DNA of 64,000 nt from an uncultured Clostridia bacterium (GTDB lineage Bacteria; Bacillota; Clostridia; Peptostreptococcales; Anaerovoracaceae), in NCBI GenBank assembly GCA_938046095.1, contig CALIXS010000026.1:21030-85029 (forward strand), in the 5' to 3' direction. Below the pieces are notes generated by a model. The model made no database searches. It was given only the letters and a program-made list of their open reading frames with translations, and was not told where the DNA came from. Positions 39,224 through 49,336 of the stretch are shown here, piece by piece; the stretch's first letter is position 1; each line of letters starts with the position of its first letter. A program made the translations under genes and the position numbers.

Positions 39224-40191
39224 TGGCAAAGCAGATAAGCAAAACTCTCGTCGAGATGTCCGACGAGGAGCTCTTCAGATTAGTCGAATTTGACGCAGAA
39301 AAAGCCGAATCCACGACGTTCTCCGGCTATTCGTACTGGCGCAGTACATGGCAGATGTTCATAAAAAGCAAATTTACGAAATTCACACTGCTGTTCATTT
39401 TGGCTTTGCTCGTATTCTGTATACTACAGCCGTACCTTCCGGGGCAGAAGAGCCCGACGGAGATTTTCCTGAATCCGGAGACGGGGGTACAGTACAGAAG
39501 CGTAAAGCCTTGTTCGGAGTTCTGGTTCGGGACAAACACCATAGGGCAGGATCTCTGGTCCAGAATATGGAGCGGAACGAGGACTACGATGTTCATAGCC
39601 TTCGTATCTGTAGGGTTTGCCACAATCGTAGGAATTGTGGTGGGAGCTCTCTGGGGCTATGTCAGACAGCTCGATATCTTCCTTACAGAGGTGTATAACG
39701 TTATCAACAATATCCCGGCAACCGTACTCAGAACACTGATCGCCTATACACTTCGCCCGAGTCTCAAAACCATGATCATAGCCATGTGTATGACGAGCTG
39801 GGTATATGAGGCGAAATGGATAAGAAATCTGATAATCATAATACGTGACAGAGAGTATAACCTCGCTTCGAGGTGCCTCGGCACACCGACGAGACGCGTT
39901 ATAACAAAGAACCTGCTTCCGCAGATCGTATCGGTCGTGATGATGGATATGGTAATATCCATTCCCGATGTAATAGGCTCGGAGGTGTTCCTCACGTACA
40001 TAGGGCTCGGACTGCCTGTGGACACTCCGACGCTCGGAAACCTTATCAATGAGGGACGCCGTGTAATGATGAACTTATCGCAGACGTATCAGCTTATCTT
40101 TCCTGCCATAATAGTAGCGCTTATTACCATAGCGTTTTATTATCTCGGCAACAAGTTCGCCGATGCGTCGGATCCGCGCAATCACGTATAA
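39223..40191 (+). CDS. Peptide ABC transporter permease (OppC/DppC-like)
   Basis: 322 aa. The N-terminal extension is typical of OppC. Translationally coupled to the upstream gene. Confidence 0.88.
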   Translation: MAKQISKTLVEMSDEELFRLVEFDAEKAESTTFSGYSYWRSTWQMFIKSKFTKFTLLFILALLVFCILQPYLPGQKSPTEIFLNPETGVQYRSVKPCSEFWFGTNTIGQDLWSRIWSGTRTTMFIAFVSVGFATIVGIVVGALWGYVRQLDIFLTEVYNVINNIPATVLRTLIAYTLRPSLKTMIIAMCMTSWVYEAKWIRNLIIIIRDREYNLASRCLGTPTRRVITKNLLPQIVSVVMMDMVISIPDVIGSEVFLTYIGLGLPVDTPTLGNLINEGRRVMMNLSQTYQLIFPAIIVALITIAFYYLGNKFADASDPRNHV

Positions 40192-40202
40192 GGAGGGACA
40201 AT

Positions 40203-42251
40203 ATGGCAGATACAAAAAACATCGCAGACCTTATCCGTGACGACAACAAAATCCTCGAAACGAAAGACGTTGTTGTCAAGTTCACGCTGCGCGGGCAGGA
40301 GCTTATGCCGATAAGGGGCATATCTCTTGATCTGTATAAAGGTGAAAGCCTTGCAATCGTGGGAGAATCAGGCTCGGGTAAATCGGTATTCACCAAGACC
40401 TTTATAGGCATGCTCGATAAGAACGGCTGGGTCGATAACGGAGAGATATGGTATAACGGCGAAGACCTCGCAAAATATAAGACTGAGGAACAGTGGCTCA
40501 AGATACGCGGCAGGGAGATTGCGATCGTGTTTCAGGATCCCATGACATCACTCGATCCGCTCATGACTGTCGGACGGCAGGTGGTAGAGGCTCTCGAGCA
40601 TCATCAGGGACTGCACGGAGAACAGGCCATGAAGAGAGCGATTGAGATACTCGACGACGTAGGGATCATCAACCCCGAGGAAAGGGCAAAGGAATATCCG
40701 CATCAGTTCTCGGGAGGAATGAGGCAAAGGGTCGTCATAGCAATCGCCATCGCGTGCAATCCGAAGATACTGATATGCGATGAGCCGACGACAGGCCTCG
40801 ACGTCACGATACAGGCTCAGATACTGTCTTTGCTTCGCAGGCTTCAGAAAGATTACAGTCTCACAATAATATACATTACTCACGACCTGGGGGTTGTGGC
40901 CAATGTCGCGGACCGTATAGCGGTAATGTACGCAGGAGACATCGTGGAGGTCGGAACATGCGACGAGGTGTTCGCCTCGCCTAAGCATCCATACACGTGG
41001 GCGCTTCTTTCGTCCATGCCTCAGCTCGGAGTAAGGGGAGAGCCTTTGTATTCTATCGAAGGCGTTCCGCCGAACCTTTTTACGGAAATCAATGGCGATG
41101 CCTTTGCACCGCGCAACAGGCATGCGCTTGCTATAGATTTTCTCGAGAGACCGCCGTATTTCCAGGTCACCCCGACGCACAAGGCGAGGACGTGGCTGCT
41201 CGATCCGAGAGCACCCCATGTGGACCCGCCCAACACATCTATTGCACGGGCTCAGGCCGCGAACAGGGAGAGAGCCGAACAGTATAAGAAGAACATATCG
41301 TCGGAAAAGATGCTTGAGGTGAAGAACCTGTCTGTTCACTTCGGCTCGAAGCGCCATCCGTTCAAGGCCGTGCAAGACGTATCGTTCGATATATACAAGG
41401 GAGAAACTTTCGGGCTTGTCGGCGAATCGGGATCGGGTAAAACGACGATAGGCCGCGCCATAATAAGGATCAACGAGGCGACAGAGGGCCAGATTATCTA
41501 TAACGGCAAACGTATAAGCGGTAAAATCGACAGAAAGCTCGATCACACCGTCACAGAGAAGATACAGATGATATTTCAGGATCCTATGGCGTCACTGAAC
41601 GAGAGAGCCAAGGTTTCGTATATTGTTGCCGAAGGGCTGATGAACACGCATCCCGAGCTGTCGAAAAGTGAGATTGAAGAGTGTGTTGCCCGTGCTCTCG
41701 ACGATGTTGGACTTCTTCCCGAGTTCAGCAGCCGCTTTCCTCATGAGTTTTCGGGAGGTCAGAGGCAGCGCATCGGGATCGCAAGGTGTCTTATAATGGA
41801 ACCGGATTTTATCGTTGCGGATGAACCGATATCGGCTCTCGACGTATCGATAAGAGCTCAGGTTCTGAACCTTATGTCGGCAATGCAGCAGCAGAGAGGT
41901 CTCACATATCTCTTCATTTCCCATGACCTGTCAGTCATGAGGTTTATATGCGACAGGATCGCGGTAATATATAAGGGTGAGTTCAAGGAACTTGCGGAAA
42001 CGGAAGAGCTCTTCGCGCATCCGCTGCATCCGTACACCAAAGCTCTCCTTTCGGCAATACCTCTTCCTGATCCCGAATACGAGAGAAGCAAAAAACTGAT
42101 CACGTATGATTCGAAGTGCCACGACTACAGCACGGATAAACCGCAATGGGCCGAGATAAGACCGGGACATTTTGTCAGCGGCAATTCCGAGGAACTCAAG
42201 CGGTATAATGAAGAGCTGGACGAAGGCGGCAAGGAGAATATAACGAAATAA
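40203..42251 (+). CDS. Peptide ABC transporter ATP-binding protein, fused OppD-OppF (two NBDs in one 682-aa chain)
   Basis: Two complete NBDs. NBD1 has GESGSGKS...SGGMRQRV...ICDEPTT. NBD2 has GESGSGKTT...[12 protein letters not shown]...[10 protein letters not shown]. Each is followed by an Opp-type C-terminal extension. Confidence 0.9.
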   Translation: MADTKNIADLIRDDNKILETKDVVVKFTLRGQELMPIRGISLDLYKGESLAIVGESGSGKSVFTKTFIGMLDKNGWVDNGEIWYNGEDLAKYKTEEQWLKIRGREIAIVFQDPMTSLDPLMTVGRQVVEALEHHQGLHGEQAMKRAIEILDDVGIINPEERAKEYPHQFSGGMRQRVVIAIAIACNPKILICDEPTTGLDVTIQAQILSLLRRLQKDYSLTIIYITHDLGVVANVADRIAVMYAGDIVEVGTCDEVFASPKHPYTWALLSSMPQLGVRGEPLYSIEGVPPNLFTEINGDAFAPRNRHALAIDFLERPPYFQVTPTHKARTWLLDPRAPHVDPPNTSIARAQAANRERAEQYKKNISSEKMLEVKNLSVHFGSKRHPFKAVQDVSFDIYKGETFGLVGESGSGKTTIGRAIIRINEATEGQIIYNGKRISGKIDRKLDHTVTEKIQMIFQDPMASLNERAKVSYIVAEGLMNTHPELSKSEIEECVARALDDVGLLPEFSSRFPHEFSGGQRQRIGIARCLIMEPDFIVADEPISALDVSIRAQVLNLMSAMQQQRGLTYLFISHDLSVMRFICDRIAVIYKGEFKELAETEELFAHPLHPYTKALLSAIPLPDPEYERSKKLITYDSKCHDYSTDKPQWAEIRPGHFVSGNSEELKRYNEELDEGGKENITK

Positions 42252-42308
42252 GGCTTTGCTCTCTCCTTTGACGGGAGAATATAAGATTACAGAACAAAAA
42301 GAATTGCT

Positions 42309-42362
42309 AAAAACCGCTGTGGCCATTGTGAATAGATGACCATGGCGGTTTTAAGTTGTTTC
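42309..42362 (+). terminator. Intrinsic terminator after the fused oppDF
   Basis: A ~13-bp stem (AAAACCGCTGTGG / CCATGGCGGTTTT) followed by TTTTAAGTTGTTT. Confidence 0.55.
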
Positions 42363-42582
42363 GGGCAAAATACGGGGCGGACAAAATGAGTTGGGATAAC
42401 CTTATGCAGCCATTGAAAATCCGGTCGGGTTTAATATCATATCGTCATTGAGATATAGACATCAAGATATAGACATCGCGCTTATTAAAAATCTGTATTA
42501 AAAGAAAAATCGCCGTGCCCGACGCGGGGATATTTTTTGCTGAATCATGAGAAACAGGCATGCGTATAATAAGCATCGCTTG

Positions 42583-42610
42583 TTGAAAATTTATCAACCG
42601 ATGATATAAT
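42583..42610 (+). promoter_or_regulatory. Sigma-70-like promoter (TTGAAA-16-TATAAT) for the large secreted protein gene
   Basis: Near-consensus -35 and perfect -10 with 16-bp spacing, ~75 bp upstream of ATG 42685. Confidence 0.45.
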
Positions 42611-42684
42611 ACTTATTAAGCTGATGTCTGCGCAAACGAGCAACGCAGCCGGCGCAGAAAGAACGTTCCGAAAGGAGTACTTAC

Positions 42685-45600
42685 ATGAAGAAACGGAAAA
42701 AACTGCCGGTTTTACTTCTCACATTGGTGCTGATCTTTGCACTTATACCGTCGGCTGTCAGTGCCGAAGGGGGAACTGAGATCGACAGAACGGGAGTTAA
42801 TATCATCAAAGTTACAACTGACGCTGATTTTGCCGCAGGAGTATCGGACAATCTCGTTCCCGCGTCGGAGGGTAACGGAGCTCTTAAGCTCGCAGACGGG
42901 GCAACGGACGGTACATTTGTGTCCGCGATTTATTCCGTAAAAGACTTTGCCAAGATGGTAGGTTCGTGGAACGCCTCGCTCGGCGAAGGCGTCTTTATAG
43001 AAGTGTCAGCGAGGAGCTTTGCGGACGGTGTGTGGTCGGACTGGTTCAGCTGGGGCAAATACGGTATGACAATCAGGCGCGGCAGCGCTTCGGAGGACGT
43101 AGACGAATTCGTCCAGAACGGGACGATATCCAAGGTTCAATTCAAGGCTTCGCTTCATCGTGACGACATCTTACAGTCTGCCGTTATGCGGCAGCTTTCG
43201 TTTTCGGTAAAAGGCGGGGATGCAGAGGCGAAATACGCCGAGGATGAGGTTTCGCTTCCTGTATCGGTAAAAAACGATGCACCGGCTTATTCACAGTCGA
43301 TACGTGATCCGTCAATAGGCGGCAGTATATGCAGTCCGTCCACTATGACGGTTGCGCTAAATTCGAGGGATCCGTCCCTGGACCTTTTGCCGGAGGAGCT
43401 TGCGTTGTCCGTTCAGGATTTCAATTACGGCTTCGGAAACTGGGCTTTTTGTGTTTCGGCGGCGGGGCTTTACGGCTACGAATCGTACGCGCAGTATGCG
43501 GACAAGGATATACTTATGCAGGAGCTCGCTCACGGCAGAACGGTCGGCCTTTCCGTATCGTACAGCCCGGATCCGAACAGCTCATATCCGTACCTTGAGG
43601 GAGCCTACGGCGGAACCGGCGGTCATCTGATCTCTATAATCGGTTACGAATACAAGGATGCGGTGATGGACGACGAGCATCTGTATTTTTATTCGAGCGA
43701 TACGTATTCTCCGAGTGATGCGACGAGTTTCCATTATTACAAGTGGACGCAGCTGGACGAATGCTGGTCGGGAAGGCTTGCTTACATAGTTATGAGCGAG
43801 CCGGAAGCGGGCGCCGGGATAACGGGGATACGCCGCTTTGAGGCTGATCTCACGGAGGCCGGCAGCGGCAGTACCTATGAGCTCGGTGCGGGCGGCACCA
43901 AGGTGGATCTGACGTCATTCACGAACGGAAAGATGTCAACGCTCGGACACGGCGTGCTCGCATATACGATAGAAGGCATGGCGACGACAGCCTCGGAAGA
44001 GAGCGCGGCGTCTATAGTGTATGACAATCGCATACAGGTCACGGCAAACAACAAATTCTTTTACAACAATATATCGACGGACAATAGCGGAAATCTCGTA
44101 TTCAACGGCGGAGAGGCGCTTTACAGGGCAGGAGTCCCGGAGGGCACCGAAAAGGCAGTTACTATATATGCGTTTGCGAGCAACGGGAAGACGTATTACG
44201 CCGAAAAGACTTTTACGAGCATAAAGCCTGAAGAAGAACCGGCAGACGACTACGAAGAGGTCGAAACGAAGGGTAACCTTACGTTTGCGGATCTGACGGC
44301 GGGAACCGCAAAGGGCGCCGCCGTAATGAACGAAGGCAGGGTGACGCTGAACGGGAAAGAAGGCGCTTACTATACACCGATATACAAGAACGTATGGGAG
44401 CCGGAATACCTTATGGCGACGATCAACGCTTCGACTCCGGGGAATTCTTCCGTGGAGCTTCAGATAAGAGCGGTGGCGGAGCGTGCCGAAGGCAAATGGT
44501 CGGACTGGTTCACGTGGGGGCAGTTCGGCTCAGGAACACAAAGCGCCTCAAACGGACGTAAGGATGAATACCTCAATATGAGCACGGATATATTCGTGGC
44601 AAGGGGTGACAGTGAGAACGCAAATATTCAGAAATACCAGTTCAGAATACTCCTTAAAGCGGGTACGGACGGCAGCGTCCCTATTGTATCCGGACTGAAC
44701 TTCACAATCAAAAAGGCGGCGTATTCCGCTTCTGAGGCTATATATACCGGAAAAACCGCGGAGGCCGACATACCTGATAACGCCGGCGTTGACATAGAGC
44801 CGACAAGCGCGTACTCGTACGCGGACGGAATGGAGTCGTGGCGTCTCGAAAATATGATGCTTATGCTGCTCAACGGACAGGGCGCCGATCCTCTGTTCGA
44901 AGAGGTCGCTCTTAACGGATATGACTTCGGTGAGGGCTGGGGCAATTGGGCGTTCACGCCGTTCAAAGCCGGTCTGTTCGGATACGGTGCGTACACGCAG
45001 TTTGCCGCAAACACGACTATGATAAAGCAGGCGATAGCCGACGGCCATGCGGTAGGGCTTTTTATAAACGGCGCATCTGTGAATACGACGAACAGCGGCG
45101 GAAGCAGACAGATCGTCGTATACGCGTATGAAAAGGAAGCGGGCGCGACGATATTCCGTTACTACTGCTGCAGCGGAGACGCTGATGAACTGGCGGACGG
45201 AGATGTTGCCAATACCTGCACCGAGGAGGAGCTGCAGCACGCGATAGAAGCATGCACATCATCAAGCGCGCGCGGTATAATGTACGTCGTGACGGGCAAG
45301 ACCGACAACGGAAGCGTTGTACGTGTTCCTGCCGAAGCTGAATATGCGGATGAACAGAAGAAGGACGAGATAATACTGAAACTCGACGGCAGGAAGTTAG
45401 AAATACCGGAGGGCTTTGAGAACGATTTCGAATCGGCATCAGGAAACGGTAAGACTGCATACCTTCTCGGGAGCGAACGCAAAGACGGAAAAAAGCTTTC
45501 GCAGGCTGTGTGGCATCACGGCATTTCGGTCGGTGCCGGAGGTACGCTGAAGCTCCCGGAGGAGGCTGTACAGGCCGTCGCCGACGGTGATACGATCGAG

Positions 45601-46179
45601 CTTTATGTGGTAGCGAACAACGGTATTACATACACTGCAAGGCTTGGGAATACACCTTCCCCGGAATACGCATTTATCGACGGAATCGGTGCGCAGTGGA
45701 CGAAGAAGAGCGGTAAGGATCTCAGATTCCGTGCCGCCGGAGAATATGAGAAATTCACCGGAATAATGATAGACGGAGAAGATGTAGATGCTTCGAATTA
45801 TACGTCCTCTTCGGGAAGCACCATAATCACGATCAGAGCGCCGTATCTTGAAACACTGTCTGTGGGAGAGCATGAACTTACGGCTGTTTACATCGACGGC
45901 AGGTGCGCAGTGACTTTCTCGATACGCGAAGCGACGCCCGGCGGGGAGCACGGAGTGAATCCGCAAACTCCGGGAGGCCAAAATACGCCGGCTCCGGGCG
46001 GTTCAAAGACACCGGCTCCGAGAGGCCCAAATCTGCGGGCTCCGGAAGGTGCTCGGTCTGCAGTCGGCGGAAAGGCGGCCGATACAGGCGACAGAAATGA
46101 TGCGGCGGTATATTTGCTCATTATCGCAGTGTGCGCCGCAACTGCGGTCACCTTGTCTAAAAGAAGGTCCGGAAGATAA
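42685..46179 (+). CDS. Large secreted cell-surface protein with duplicated modules [beta-domain with WSDWF motif + C39-like papain-fold peptidase domain], Ig-like repeats, a Pro-rich stalk and a C-terminal membrane/cell-wall anchor
   Basis: Signal peptide MKKRKKLPVLLLTLVLIFALIPSAVSA. Module 1 has ...FADGVWSDWFSWGKYG... then QSIRDPSIGGSICSPSTMTVALNS (C39_2-like catalytic Cys) ... GGTGGHLISIIGY (His). Module 2 has ...AEGKWSDWFTWGQFG... then a homologous region in which the Cys position reads ADGMESWRLENMML while the His is retained (DGHAVGLFING). The C-terminus ...GGKAADTGDRNDAAVYLLIIAVCAATAVTLSKRRSGR is a hydrophobic segment plus basic tail. Confidence 0.8.
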   Translation: MKKRKKLPVLLLTLVLIFALIPSAVSAEGGTEIDRTGVNIIKVTTDADFAAGVSDNLVPASEGNGALKLADGATDGTFVSAIYSVKDFAKMVGSWNASLGEGVFIEVSARSFADGVWSDWFSWGKYGMTIRRGSASEDVDEFVQNGTISKVQFKASLHRDDILQSAVMRQLSFSVKGGDAEAKYAEDEVSLPVSVKNDAPAYSQSIRDPSIGGSICSPSTMTVALNSRDPSLDLLPEELALSVQDFNYGFGNWAFCVSAAGLYGYESYAQYADKDILMQELAHGRTVGLSVSYSPDPNSSYPYLEGAYGGTGGHLISIIGYEYKDAVMDDEHLYFYSSDTYSPSDATSFHYYKWTQLDECWSGRLAYIVMSEPEAGAGITGIRRFEADLTEAGSGSTYELGAGGTKVDLTSFTNGKMSTLGHGVLAYTIEGMATTASEESAASIVYDNRIQVTANNKFFYNNISTDNSGNLVFNGGEALYRAGVPEGTEKAVTIYAFASNGKTYYAEKTFTSIKPEEEPADDYEEVETKGNLTFADLTAGTAKGAAVMNEGRVTLNGKEGAYYTPIYKNVWEPEYLMATINASTPGNSSVELQIRAVAERAEGKWSDWFTWGQFGSGTQSASNGRKDEYLNMSTDIFVARGDSENANIQKYQFRILLKAGTDGSVPIVSGLNFTIKKAAYSASEAIYTGKTAEADIPDNAGVDIEPTSAYSYADGMESWRLENMMLMLLNGQGADPLFEEVALNGYDFGEGWGNWAFTPFKAGLFGYGAYTQFAANTTMIKQAIADGHAVGLFINGASVNTTNSGGSRQIVVYAYEKEAGATIFRYYCCSGDADELADGDVANTCTEEELQHAIEACTSSSARGIMYVVTGKTDNGSVVRVPAEAEYADEQKKDEIILKLDGRKLEIPEGFENDFESASGNGKTAYLLGSERKDGKKLSQAVWHHGISVGAGGTLKLPEEAVQAVADGDTIELYVVANNGITYTARLGNTPSPEYAFIDGIGAQWTKKSGKDLRFRAAGEYEKFTGIMIDGEDVDASNYTSSSGSTIITIRAPYLETLSVGEHELTAVYIDGRCAVTFSIREATPGGEHGVNPQTPGGQNTPAPGGSKTPAPRGPNLRAPEGARSAVGGKAADTGDRNDAAVYLLIIAVCAATAVTLSKRRSGR

Positions 46180-46401
46180 TTCCCGTGAAATCATTATGGG
46201 GAAAGTCAAAAATGATTAAAAAATATCCCCAAAATAAGACGGACGAGGTATAATTATTGTTAAATCATAGTCATACCTTTTAGCGGTATGTCTTTGATCT
46301 GATAACCGAAAACGGTTTTATACGCCGTTTCGGAGTCGGCTTTTACCGGCGGCGATAATCGTCTGATGCGATCAGACATTTTATTAAGAAGGAGGAGAAG
46401 A

Positions 46402-48306
46402 ATGAAGAAAAAGTTAATTGTACTGCTGTTGGCGGCGGTTATGACAATCGCTTTGCTGGCAGGGTGCGAAGGCAAAAACGGTAATGATTCCGGGAAGACG
46501 GAATACAGATCGCTGTATTCTTCGGACGTAACGACGCTTAACTACCTGAACACAACGTATACTGCAGATATGTACATACCTGCCAATACGGAGGAATGGC
46601 TGATCCAGTACGATTCGCTCGGCCAGGTACAGCCGGCCCTCGCCAAGTCATGGGAAACCTCAAAGGACGGTACAGTATGGACGTTCCATCTCCGTGACGC
46701 CAAATGGTACGATTCTCAGGGTGAAGAGGTCGGTACGGTTAAAGCCCAGGATTTTGTCGCTGCAGCCGAGTACGCTCTCAAGTTTGATGCGTCCGCATCA
46801 TATATGTTCCCTGCCGCTATGATCAAGAACAGTGATGCGGGATCTGAAGCTCTCGTAAACGGCGACGTAAAGTGGGAAGATGTCGGCATTAAAGCCGTAG
46901 ACGACAAGACGCTCGAGTTCACGCTCGATTCTGCGTGCCCTTACTTTCTGTCATGCCTGACGTACGGCTGCTTCGCACCTGTATCGGCTGATATGCTCAA
47001 GCAGTTCGGCGACTGGGACAACAGAGCATCATGGACAATGGAGGAATGGAACGCGTTTTCAGAGTCTCTTGACGGCGCCGCGTATGATCAGATGTGGTAC
47101 TGCGGAGCGTATTACCTTTCCGAGTACAGTGCAGGCGAAAGATATATCCTGACGAAGAATCCAGACTACTTTGAGGCCGATCAGGTTTATATCGAAACGG
47201 TTACGCACACGTACAATGCGGAATCCGCTACGGTATCCGGAGAGATGTATAAGAGGGGTGAGCTCGAAGAGGCGAGCATCACGAGCACGATGGCAAAGAG
47301 CTGGGCTCAGGATGAAGCGACGAAGAATCTCTATCACCCTACAAGAGTTCTGCCTGATTACAGCTACTTCTGGAGCTTCGAGTTCGATCCTCAGTTCGAT
47401 GAGCAGTACGAGCCTGCAAACTGGCGCGTGGTCGTCAACAACGAGAATTTCCGTAAATCGATATTCCACGGCATCAACAGGATAGGCGCAAAGAAGATAT
47501 CCGACGAGAGCAATGCCGAGGCTTTGATAGAGAATACGTTTACTCCGTCGACGTTCGTAATGGCCGGCGGCGAGGATTATGCGGATCAGAAGGAATTTAA
47601 GGATCTTGCGGTAAACAAAGACAGCGCGGACGCCTATTTCAACGAAGATCTTGCAAAGGAGTACAGAGATAAGGCAAAGGCCGACCTTGCCGGGCAGGCA
47701 ACCTTCCCTGTAAAGGTTCTCATGGTTTACAACCCTAACGTTTCCGACTGGGATTCCGAGTGTACATATATCGAAAAGCAGTTGGAGGAGCTTCTCGGTA
47801 CGGACTATATTGACATAATTGTCGAACAGGGACCTACACAGAGCTTCCTGTCGAACATCAGAAGAGCAAACAAATTTGCACTCATGAAGACGAACTACGG
47901 ATGCGACTATGCGGATCCGCTTACATATGCCGACCCGTTCGCAAAGGATAATTCATATACGCGCTTCAATCTGAGCGATTCCCCTGAGCTCAAGGCTATT
48001 GCCGACGAGTATTACGCGGCGGTAGAAAAGGCAAACGCGATAACGGATCCGGAAAAGCTTGCCGAACGCTATAAAGCATTTGCGGAAGCAGAAGCAATTC
48101 TTATCGATCACGCCATAGCTATTCCGTTCGGCCTTGAAGGAGGCTACACGGCAGCGCTGATCAACCCGTTTGAGGGGCAGTACGCACCTTATGGTGTCTC
48201 CACGCTTCGCTACAAGGGTGAGCACATACTTACAGAGCCTTTGAGTACGGACGCCTTCGAAAAAGCGCTCAAGGAATGGAATGAGCAGAGAGCTAAGCTC
48301 GGATAA
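46402..48306 (+). CDS. Peptide ABC transporter substrate-binding lipoprotein (SBP family 5), paralog of 36190-38157
   Basis: Start set at MKKKLIV (AGGAGGAGAAGA RBS). Lipobox LLAGCEGK. Confidence 0.9.
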   Translation: MKKKLIVLLLAAVMTIALLAGCEGKNGNDSGKTEYRSLYSSDVTTLNYLNTTYTADMYIPANTEEWLIQYDSLGQVQPALAKSWETSKDGTVWTFHLRDAKWYDSQGEEVGTVKAQDFVAAAEYALKFDASASYMFPAAMIKNSDAGSEALVNGDVKWEDVGIKAVDDKTLEFTLDSACPYFLSCLTYGCFAPVSADMLKQFGDWDNRASWTMEEWNAFSESLDGAAYDQMWYCGAYYLSEYSAGERYILTKNPDYFEADQVYIETVTHTYNAESATVSGEMYKRGELEEASITSTMAKSWAQDEATKNLYHPTRVLPDYSYFWSFEFDPQFDEQYEPANWRVVVNNENFRKSIFHGINRIGAKKISDESNAEALIENTFTPSTFVMAGGEDYADQKEFKDLAVNKDSADAYFNEDLAKEYRDKAKADLAGQATFPVKVLMVYNPNVSDWDSECTYIEKQLEELLGTDYIDIIVEQGPTQSFLSNIRRANKFALMKTNYGCDYADPLTYADPFAKDNSYTRFNLSDSPELKAIADEYYAAVEKANAITDPEKLAERYKAFAEAEAILIDHAIAIPFGLEGGYTAALINPFEGQYAPYGVSTLRYKGEHILTEPLSTDAFEKALKEWNEQRAKLG

Positions 48307-48327
48307 ATTTTATCCCTGACGCCTGAA

Positions 48328-48364
48328 GCCGGGCGGGAGATACGATCCCGCCCGGCGGTTTTTC
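48328..48364 (+). terminator. Intercistronic hairpin with T-tract (attenuator/partial terminator) between SBP and permease genes
   Basis: GCCGGGCGGGA-gatacga-TCCCGCCCGGC followed by GGTTTTTCTT. Confidence 0.5.
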
Positions 48365-48394
48365 TTAGCAAACGTAAGGAGGCATAAAAAATCA

Positions 48395-49336
48395 ATGGCA
48401 GCTTATCTCATAAAAAGGATCCTGCGCTCATTTGTCACGTTGTTCGTGGTATGCACGATCGTGTTCTGCCTGCTCAGACTCATGCCGATCGAGGGCTACT
48501 TCAACAACTTTGATAAGATGACTGAAGACCAGATTCAGCATCAGCTCGAGATCAAAGGGCTCAAGGATCCGATACCGGTACAGTTGGGACGTTTTTATAT
48601 GCAGCTCCTGCACGGAGACCTCGGCAAGTCGTCGAGGTACCGTCCCGGTGTGGCAGTAACGGAAATAGTCGGTGCGAAGGTGCTCATGTCTATGGGGCTC
48701 GGTATATGTGCGCTTGCGCTCGCACTGGTTATAGGTATTCCTTTGGGCCGCCTGATGGCGCGCTTCAAGGGCGGAATACCTGATCATCTGGGTACCGTTT
48801 TTATCGTTATTATCAATGCGGTTCCGGCCGTCGTGTATTATTTGTTTATTCAGATGTACGGTACCGATCTTCTGGGGCTTCCGGTACTGTTTTCCCGCAG
48901 CAACTATGCCACATACATATTGCCTGTAATCTCGCTGTCTCTGGGTGATACGGCGTATTACGCAATGTGGATAAGGCGGTACATGATAGATGAGAGTAAC
49001 AAGGATTATGTCAAGCTCGCGACGGCAAAGGGTGTACGATCGCGCGACATCATGAGCAGGCAGATTTTCCGCAACGCCTTTGTGCCGCTTATACAGTACA
49101 TACCGACATCATTTATTCTGACGATGGTAGGTTCCATCTATGTAGAGTCCCTGTACTCCATACCGGGCATGGGAGGACTTCTCGTCAAGTGCATCCAGAG
49201 CCAGGACAACACGCTCGTTCAGGCGCTCGTACTTATTTATTCGGCTTTGAGCATTCTGGGACTTATTCTGGGAGATATACTGATGACGATAATTGACCCG
49301 AGGATTTCGTTTGCCAGGAAAGGGGGTGCCCGCTGA
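48395..49336 (+). CDS. Peptide ABC transporter permease (OppB-like)
   Basis: 313 aa, about 55% similar in local motifs to 38273-39223. Confidence 0.88.
   Translation: MAAYLIKRILRSFVTLFVVCTIVFCLLRLMPIEGYFNNFDKMTEDQIQHQLEIKGLKDPIPVQLGRFYMQLLHGDLGKSSRYRPGVAVTEIVGAKVLMSMGLGICALALALVIGIPLGRLMARFKGGIPDHLGTVFIVIINAVPAVVYYLFIQMYGTDLLGLPVLFSRSNYATYILPVISLSLGDTAYYAMWIRRYMIDESNKDYVKLATAKGVRSRDIMSRQIFRNAFVPLIQYIPTSFILTMVGSIYVESLYSIPGMGGLLVKCIQSQDNTLVQALVLIYSALSILGLILGDILMTIIDPRISFARKGGAR

Noticed and set aside
40548-41546. 332-aa antisense ORF inside fused oppDF
   Set aside because: Shadow ORF. The sense strand encodes canonical NBD motifs.
44548-45240. 230-aa antisense ORF inside the large surface-protein gene
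   Set aside because: Shadow ORF. The sense frame is continuous with a signal peptide and repeated domains.
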